Shown in pieces: positions 24,323-29,955 of a stretch of 29,955 nt of DNA (the first letter of the stretch is position 1; every line of letters begins with the position of its first letter). Position numbers and translations under genes: made by a program. The DNA is taken from contig JAGMEO010000001.1 of the NCBI GenBank assembly GCA_023128135.1, positions 1 through 29,955 on the forward strand, given 5' to 3'. The notes beneath the pieces were generated by a model. It saw nothing but the letters and a program-made list of their open reading frames with translations, was not told where the DNA came from and did not search any database. The DNA is from Candidatus Bathyarchaeota archaeon (GTDB taxonomy: Archaea > Thermoproteota > Bathyarchaeia > RBG-16-48-13 > JAGMEO01).

Positions 24323-24769
24323 CTAAGTTTTTTTTAAACTTAAAATTTTTCCGCCTGCTCCTTCCACCTTCTCTACTGCTTTTTTGGAATGTTCTTTGAC
24401 TTTAATGATAAGTGGTTTAGTAATTTGACCAGTTCCCAAAAGTTTGTCGTATCCTAGGCTATTGAGATTTACCATACTCTTCTTTTCTTTTTGTTTAGAC
24501 AACTCTTCGTTAAACAATTGATCTGTAATCTCATCCAGTTCTCCAACATTAATTGTTCTGATTGAAGATTTCGTTACGGGATGAAACCCATGTTTCCCAA
24601 AATAGTCAGGTTCATACTTCACCACATAAGTCCATTTATGCTTACCACGCCCTGCTTTACCCTTACCCCCCCTGCTACCTCCTGCTCTATGTTGTCCTAC
24701 CTGTCCCCATCCATGAGTTCTTGATCCCCGCTGCTTTCTTATTTTTCTTTTACTATGTGGCATTATCAT
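24323..24769 (-). CDS. rpl15: Ribosomal protein uL15
   Basis: RGSRTHGWG..HRAGGSRGGKGKAG, FGKHGF, KLLGTG. Confidence 0.96.
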   Translation of the reverse strand: MIMPHSKRKIRKQRGSRTHGWGQVGQHRAGGSRGGKGKAGRGKHKWTYVVKYEPDYFGKHGFHPVTKSSIRTINVGELDEITDQLFNEELSKQKEKKSMVNLNSLGYDKLLGTGQITKPLIIKVKEHSKKAVEKVEGAGGKILSLKKT

Positions 24770-24931
24770 TCCCTTTTTTCATTGGTACAATAAACTATCT
24801 CAGTGGACATATTTCTGTTTAAACTATCTTTTACTAAGTTGTTTTCTTTTGACCTTTAAACTTCTTTCTTATAAAATGCGCGGATTAGATGATAGGTGGA
24901 AAAGAATTTTTTAAAGAGCATGTTTTTTGGA

Positions 24932-25411
24932 TTAACCCATCTTTTCTATAAGTTCGTTAATGTCTTCTCCTCTGTATCCAAGCTGTCCTGTTGGGTAAGC
25001 TTTCTTAACAGGACCACGAAAGCCACCTTTTGGTGGATGTAAACGAAAGACTGGTTTCAATCCTAGATTCTGAAGGTTGGTTTCTAAATTGTAAATAGCC
25101 TTTGCTAATTCACTTATAGACTTGTATCCAAGTTTTTCCTTCACATAGTTATCATTTAATCTCATATTTCCTATTGTTCTCCCCCTCTTTTTCAGAAGAC
25201 GTTCAACACTTTCTAGTGTAACCTCTCCCCACGTCGCATAGTCCTTAATTTTCTTAAACATTCCCAGTTTTGAAGGTTCATTAGACATGAGTATTGCATG
25301 GTTCTTTTTATGTAGACGTAAAAGCTTCAATGTATCTTCAATTTCACCACGAATTGTAACCCTGCCTCTTAAACGTAAAACAGCCATAAGTTTACTTGTT
25401 TTTTTTCCCAA
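24932..25411 (-). CDS. rpl30: Ribosomal protein uL30
   Basis: AVLRLRG, TLKLLRLHKKNH, KPVFRLHPPKGGF, GQLGYRG. Confidence 0.96.
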   Translation of the reverse strand: MGKKTSKLMAVLRLRGRVTIRGEIEDTLKLLRLHKKNHAILMSNEPSKLGMFKKIKDYATWGEVTLESVERLLKKRGRTIGNMRLNDNYVKEKLGYKSISELAKAIYNLETNLQNLGLKPVFRLHPPKGGFRGPVKKAYPTGQLGYRGEDINELIEKMG

Positions 25412-25417
25412 AACTGA

Positions 25418-26065
25418 TCACCTAGACCAATCAGTTGGAGTAACAATTCGGTAAGTATTTTTTAATGCATTATATGTTGCAAAAGCATATGATGGAATGG
25501 TTCTTGTCGAACCGTAACTTCTAGTCCAACAATCACTGATTCCAGCAAACTTCATGATAGTTTTACCTACATCGCTAGCGACTATACCTAATCCTCTTGG
25601 ACCTGGCTCAATCTCAATAACCACACTTCCACATTTACCTCTTACCTTCATTGGGAATGAGTGTGGTTCACCGCAACTGCACTCCCAACTACCACACCCT
25701 CGACGCACTGGAATAATGTTAAGCTTCGCGTCCACTATTCCTTTCTGAATAGCTGATCTGACTTGTTTATCTTTACCAGAACCAAGTCCAACAACTCCTT
25801 CATAATTTCCGACAACCACTATAGATTTAAACCTCGATCTTTCTCCAGCATCTGTTTGTTTTTGAACTAAATTCACATCCAACACTTCTTCTTTTAAGTT
25901 CGAGACAAGAAGATCAACAATTTCAGGTTCTTTTATCTTTAATCCTTGAGTAAAGATGTCTTCGATTGAAGTAATGCTTCCCTCTAACACCATTCTTCCT
26001 ACGCTTGTACGTGGAATCCACTTTTCAGCTTTTTCTGTTTCAGTTTTTTTCATATTTACAATCAA
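25418..26065 (-). CDS. rps5: Ribosomal protein uS5
   Basis: WIPRTSVG, VQKQTDAGERSRF, GCGSWEC, GPRGLG. The true start may be ATG 26053. Confidence 0.96.
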   Translation of the reverse strand: MIVNMKKTETEKAEKWIPRTSVGRMVLEGSITSIEDIFTQGLKIKEPEIVDLLVSNLKEEVLDVNLVQKQTDAGERSRFKSIVVVGNYEGVVGLGSGKDKQVRSAIQKGIVDAKLNIIPVRRGCGSWECSCGEPHSFPMKVRGKCGSVVIEIEPGPRGLGIVASDVGKTIMKFAGISDCWTRSYGSTRTIPSYAFATYNALKNTYRIVTPTDWSR

Positions 26066-26655
26066 CCTTTAAATGCTTTAGCAATTTTTTCCTTTGTCTC
26101 AATGAAATGTTTCGATAGCTCTGAAGGCTTTAAACCTACAGCTAAGTATCTCGAAAACCTTTTCTTATAGGTTTCAGGATCAGTTTCACCCAATTTTTCT
26201 GCATAATCAGATATGTGTTCTCCTCTAATTCTCTCTTCACTAGGTAACGTGCTTTCACCATAAGGGACATCAATGCCTGAATCGACTACTCCTTTTAGAG
26301 CTGCAAAGACTTTTGCACCAGGCGTAGCATGCTGTAGACCGATATCCAAAATAGCTTTTTTGACATCCTTTTTAAGTATACGGTGACCAGCTAAAAACCC
26401 TGTTAAATAAGCAGAAGGTACATTTCCTTGATGAGCTTTCCAACCATGTTTTTTGGAAAGTTCTCTGGAATGGGCAGAAGCCAAAGTCGAATCACCATTA
26501 ACCTTGGCTTTTACCAACTGAATAAAGGTGTGTTTTAATGAGGTTCTTACGACTAGCCTAGGTAAATTAGAGGTTATCATTCTCTTCCTAGTGTGATAAT
26601 CTGTAAGCCCTTTTCTTCGTCTTCTAAAAGCTACGTAGTTTACGTTTCTAGTCAA
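26062..26655 (-). CDS. rpl18: Ribosomal protein uL18
   Basis: FRRRRKGLTDYHTRKR, RLVVRTS, SAYLTG, AALKGVVDSG. Confidence 0.96.
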   Translation of the reverse strand: MTRNVNYVAFRRRRKGLTDYHTRKRMITSNLPRLVVRTSLKHTFIQLVKAKVNGDSTLASAHSRELSKKHGWKAHQGNVPSAYLTGFLAGHRILKKDVKKAILDIGLQHATPGAKVFAALKGVVDSGIDVPYGESTLPSEERIRGEHISDYAEKLGETDPETYKKRFSRYLAVGLKPSELSKHFIETKEKIAKAFKG

Positions 26656-26662
26656 ATGTTCA

Positions 26663-27115
26663 TTACCGCCGTTTAATTAGTTTATGTGTCTTTACATGTT
26701 CCTTTAGATGAGAAACATCCGCAAAAGCTCCTCCCTTGATCATACCATATAATCTTCGGTACACATCAGATGAAATAACACGCGTTTCTCTCCAATTCTT
26801 CAATTTTTTCCTTTGTGATCTCACTTTTGTCATCCACATCCTTTTTGAAGAGATTTTTGAGGTTTTATGACCTTTTCTTCTTCCTTCTCCTCTGTGTCGT
26901 CCCTTTTTCTTTTTTGCATCTAATATGCGGGCTCTAGTACGACTAACGCCCTGTTTCGGTTTAGCTTGTATCACCTTTTCATGTATTAACCGGCGGATCT
27001 CTTCTCTTGTTATAGCGATCTCAACATCTTCTGCTCTCTCAGGGTCGATCCAGACCCTGCTTTCACCGATCTTTAGTATCTTAGCTGCCAGCTTCCTCTT
27101 GTTCTTCAATCTCAT
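26663..27115 (-). CDS. rpl19e: Ribosomal protein L19e
   Basis: RKLAAKILKIGESRVWIDP, ITREEIRRLI, GRRKG, WMTKVRSQR. ATG 27115 chosen as start. Confidence 0.95.
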   Translation of the reverse strand: MRLKNKRKLAAKILKIGESRVWIDPERAEDVEIAITREEIRRLIHEKVIQAKPKQGVSRTRARILDAKKKKGRHRGEGRRKGHKTSKISSKRMWMTKVRSQRKKLKNWRETRVISSDVYRRLYGMIKGGAFADVSHLKEHVKTHKLIKRR

Positions 27116-27584
27116 ATTCTTCTCTTCCAGGATTAACGACATGGAGTTTAAGTTCTTCTGCCCTTTCAAGCAGCTTCATCCTTTTTCTCAATCCAACGGT
27201 ATGAGCTATTCTCACAACCTGCTTACTTGAATCCGTTCCTTCAAGTTCTTTGAGATTAAATACAATTTTCTCTTCTTTACCTGATGGATGATAATAGCGA
27301 ACTTTTTTTGGTGATCGATATCCAATACTTACATGTTTTGGCCATCCACTTTCTTTAGTTCTCATGTGATGGTCTATTCCCTTTGGCTTTCTCCAAGAAC
27401 TTCCTAGTCTTTTATACCTCCATGCTTCGAATCTTTGAAAATCTGGTTTTTTACTTTTAAGAGCACTTCTGCTTCTCATTTGCCTTTGTTTTTCTCTATT
27501 CTCAAGGCCTTCATTTTCTTCAACTTTTTTCTCGTCTGTTTTGGTCTTTATGTGTCTTTTTCCTCTGTTTTTCTTTTGTTTCAT
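27081..27584 (-). CDS. rpl32e: Ribosomal protein L32e with a charged N-terminal extension
   Basis: KKPDFQR..WRKPKGIDHHMR..GYRSPKKVRYYHPSG..IAHTVG. Start overlaps the rpl6 stop. Confidence 0.95.
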   Translation of the reverse strand: MKQKKNRGKRHIKTKTDEKKVEENEGLENREKQRQMRSRSALKSKKPDFQRFEAWRYKRLGSSWRKPKGIDHHMRTKESGWPKHVSIGYRSPKKVRYYHPSGKEEKIVFNLKELEGTDSSKQVVRIAHTVGLRKRMKLLERAEELKLHVVNPGREEYEIEEQEEAGS

Positions 27585-28132
27585 TGTATTCCCTCTGTTT
27601 TCTCATATACATAGACGCCGTCAAGAAAAACCCTGGGATCAAACTTTTTTATTCTAGTTGCTTGCTGGATGTTGGCAGCTGTTTGGCTTACTTCATCTAT
27701 GTTTATTCCCTTAACAATAACATCTTCAGCGTTTACTTCAACTTTGGTATTTCCAACAATTTTTGCGATTCTTGGGCTACGTTCTCCATAGAAGTTTTCA
27801 ATAATAACATTTTCATTTTGTACTTTTACAGATATTGGAAAATGGGCAAAGACAATCTTGAGCTTATAAGTGAACCCTTCAGTTACACCAATAATCATTT
27901 TTCTAATTCTAGAGCTAACGGTCTTCACCATTGCTGCAGTTTTCTTATTAGGCCAACGTGTTTCAACAATCACTTTGTCATCTACCTTTTTGATATACAC
28001 CGGCGCGTGGGTAAAGTCTTGTTGGACCTCACCTAAAGGACCATTAACAGTGACTTTTTTTTGGTCAATAGTTAATTGTAACCCCTCTGGAACTTTAGTC
28101 TCTATACATTCTAATATTGTCTTACCCATCAT
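27581..28132 (-). CDS. rpl6: Ribosomal protein uL6
   Basis: VNGPLG, GVTEGFTYKLKIVFAHFPI, NFYGER, DPRVFLDGVY. Confidence 0.96.
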   Translation of the reverse strand: MMGKTILECIETKVPEGLQLTIDQKKVTVNGPLGEVQQDFTHAPVYIKKVDDKVIVETRWPNKKTAAMVKTVSSRIRKMIIGVTEGFTYKLKIVFAHFPISVKVQNENVIIENFYGERSPRIAKIVGNTKVEVNAEDVIVKGINIDEVSQTAANIQQATRIKKFDPRVFLDGVYVYEKTEGIQ

Positions 28133-28140
28133 TACACCTC

Positions 28141-28530
28141 CTAGTAAACGTAAGCCAGTAGTTGACCTCCAATCTTTTTCTTCTTGGCCTTTTCATGGGA
28201 AAACACTCCTTTGGAAGTTGAGACAATTAAAATGCCAAAATCTTTTGATGGCAGATACTTTTTCTCCCACTTTTCAAGCTCATTAACTTTTACAGGAAAT
28301 CTAGGTCGAATAGAGCCACATTTATTCACTCGGCCTAACAATTGAACCTTAAACTTTCCGAATCTACCATCTTCTATATACTCAAATTCACCTATGTATC
28401 CGTTCTTTTGCATTGTTCTTAGAACGTGGCCAATCTTTTTTGAAGCGGGGGTAATAATACACTCTTTCTTTAGTCGTAATTCATTGTTCGTAATTGTGGA
28501 AAGAGCATTTGAAAGTGGATCAGATCTCAT
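28141..28530 (-). CDS. rps8: Ribosomal protein uS8
   Basis: [53 protein letters not shown]. Confidence 0.96.
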   Translation of the reverse strand: MRSDPLSNALSTITNNELRLKKECIITPASKKIGHVLRTMQKNGYIGEFEYIEDGRFGKFKVQLLGRVNKCGSIRPRFPVKVNELEKWEKKYLPSKDFGILIVSTSKGVFSHEKAKKKKIGGQLLAYVY

Positions 28531-28541
28531 ATGTTTTTCCC

Positions 28542-28706
28542 TCATGAATATTTTTTAAAGCCTAGTTTTTCAGCAACCTCTCGGAAACATCTTCGGCATA
28601 GGTTCAAATTATATGAACGTATAAGCCCCTTATAGGTGCCACATCTTATACACTGTCTACGACCTTTTTTATTAGTGTTCTTTGTATTATTCGTTTGTGC
28701 ACTCAA
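28542..28706 (-). CDS. rps14: Ribosomal protein uS14 (Zn-finger type), 54 aa; not in the ORF track
   Basis: Hand translation [57 protein letters not shown] start. Confidence 0.95.
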   Translation of the reverse strand: MSAQTNNTKNTNKKGRRQCIRCGTYKGLIRSYNLNLCRRCFREVAEKLGFKKYS

Positions 28707-28879
28707 TTATTTCTTCTCCGCTTTTGCTGTCTATCTTGAAAAGATTTTGTTGTATTTTTGTACAGTTGTATATAATGTTTAACCATTTTGCAGATCAAGA
28801 ACAAGATAGGTGATCTGAAAGAAGAATTATAATATTTTAATAATTATTTAAATAATGACCTATAAAGCACTGTCTTTTT

Positions 28880-29419
28880 TCATTCAATGATTTCGATTCT
28901 AAATTTGTCTCTGATGAATTTTACAGCTTCTTCTGGGGTCACTCTTTGCTTCTTTCCTATTGATTTGAGTCCCTTTTTCTTTTTAATACTGTATGAAGGT
29001 TTTTCTATTGAGACACATACATCCATACCAAATATGCCCAGCTTTGGATCATATTTGGTTCCAGGTAAATCAATGTGCTTCTCTATTCCAAATGCAAAAT
29101 TACCTTGCCTATCAAAATTTGAAATGGGTAATTTATTGCCAACACTTTCGAAGGCTTTTATCAAAAAATCTTTAGCTGCTTGTTTTCTTAGGGTGATGAT
29201 GCAAGCGATAGGCTCGTTTTTCCTAACTCCCCAGTCTTTGATGGTCTTTCTTGCAAGTCTTTGACATGGTTTTTTACCTGTTAATTGTTCAAGCACGGTC
29301 ATAGCCTTCTGTAATGGTTCTCCTGATTGTCCAACAGCAATATTAATGACTACCTTATCGATTCGCGGCGCCTGCATAGGGTTTGAGCCACTCTTTTGTG
29401 GTTTCACTAACTCACTCAT
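28880..29419 (-). CDS. rpl5: Ribosomal protein uL5
   Basis: NPMQAPRIDKVVINIAVG, NFDRQGNFAFGIEKHID, YDPKLGIFGMDV. Confidence 0.97.
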   Translation of the reverse strand: MSELVKPQKSGSNPMQAPRIDKVVINIAVGQSGEPLQKAMTVLEQLTGKKPCQRLARKTIKDWGVRKNEPIACIITLRKQAAKDFLIKAFESVGNKLPISNFDRQGNFAFGIEKHIDLPGTKYDPKLGIFGMDVCVSIEKPSYSIKKKKGLKSIGKKQRVTPEEAVKFIRDKFRIEIIE

Positions 29420-29955
29420 TCTTTTTCCCTTCTGGTAGTGATATCCAAGGTTTCTCTTCGCCTATAGCAAAAACATATTTTATGGGTGTTTGAATTTTCT
29501 TCCCATTTACACTTTCAAGTGTAACGATTGTTGGATGGGCTCCTCTTCCCTTTTTGATTCTTGTTATCTTTCCCCAGACGCCAACATTTTTTCCATCTAT
29601 AATTATTGCTGGTATGCTTTTTCTTATCTTAGTGTGTTCTAAAATCTTCTTTTTGGACAGACTAATTTTCAGAACATCTGTTGTTTCGTACTCTTGATCT
29701 TTAGGTTGTCGGGGTCTTTTTTGATCAAGCAAGATGTTTTGACCATCATGTAGATTAAGTTGTAATCTTCCTCCTTTTACACTTGTTTTTCCTGTAATTT
29801 TGAATAATTTGAAAGATTTTTCTTTCCCCTTAATTTTGTGTAGACTTAATATGTTTTTGGGAGATGGAAGTACACGATATGCTACTTTCATCTTTGGTAT
29901 TTCTACAACATCCATCAAACCTGTTGGATAATCGTATTCTACCACAAAACGCCCA
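29412..29955 (-). CDS. rps4e: Ribosomal protein S4e, 5'-truncated by the window edge
   Basis: YPTGLMDVVEI, GGRLQLNLHDGQN, IDGKNVG, YVFAIG; the frame runs off the window. Confidence 0.95.
   Translation of the reverse strand, partial: GRFVVEYDYPTGLMDVVEIPKMKVAYRVLPSPKNILSLHKIKGKEKSFKLFKITGKTSVKGGRLQLNLHDGQNILLDQKRPRQPKDQEYETTDVLKISLSKKKILEHTKIRKSIPAIIIDGKNVGVWGKITRIKKGRGAHPTIVTLESVNGKKIQTPIKYVFAIGEEKPWISLPEGKKNE

Noticed and set aside
1-29955. CRISPR arrays, integrases, transposases, att-site duplications
   Set aside because: No repeat-spacer periodicity, recombinase ORFs or duplicated tRNA 3' ends were seen.

Overview
Low-GC (roughly 35%, estimated by eye) archaeal core-genome window from a TACK/Thermoproteota lineage. 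A fused RNAP subunit A (A'+A''), single-chain subunit B, L14e, S4e and intron-rich tRNAs fit Bathyarchaeia or relatives; this taxonomy is inference. Left part: 3' part of valS, an HTH-PRTase, a catalytically degenerate (structural-type) tRNA splicing endonuclease subunit, DGGGP synthase and five tRNA genes. Centre: rpoB-rpoA-rpl30e-nusA-rps12, then rps7 on the opposite strand, EF-1alpha and rps10. A junction zone holds an alanine dehydrogenase/OCD pseudogene, tRNA-Ser(UGA) and a truncated archease. Right half: the minus-strand spc/alpha ribosomal superoperon (S4e to S11). The most striking signal is the density of bulge-helix-bulge (BHB/BHL) introns. Six of seven tRNA genes carry 11 introns (positions 15/16, 29/30 x2, 30/31, 37/38 x5, 59/60 and 68/69). 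tRNA-Tyr and tRNA-Ser(GGA) have three each, and tRNA-Asp has a perfect BHB intron in the 3' strand of the acceptor stem. A 17-nt BHB intron also interrupts the catalytic Asp codon of the protein-coding gene cbf5. All structures were folded by hand; no searches were run. No CRISPR, integrase or transposase was seen.
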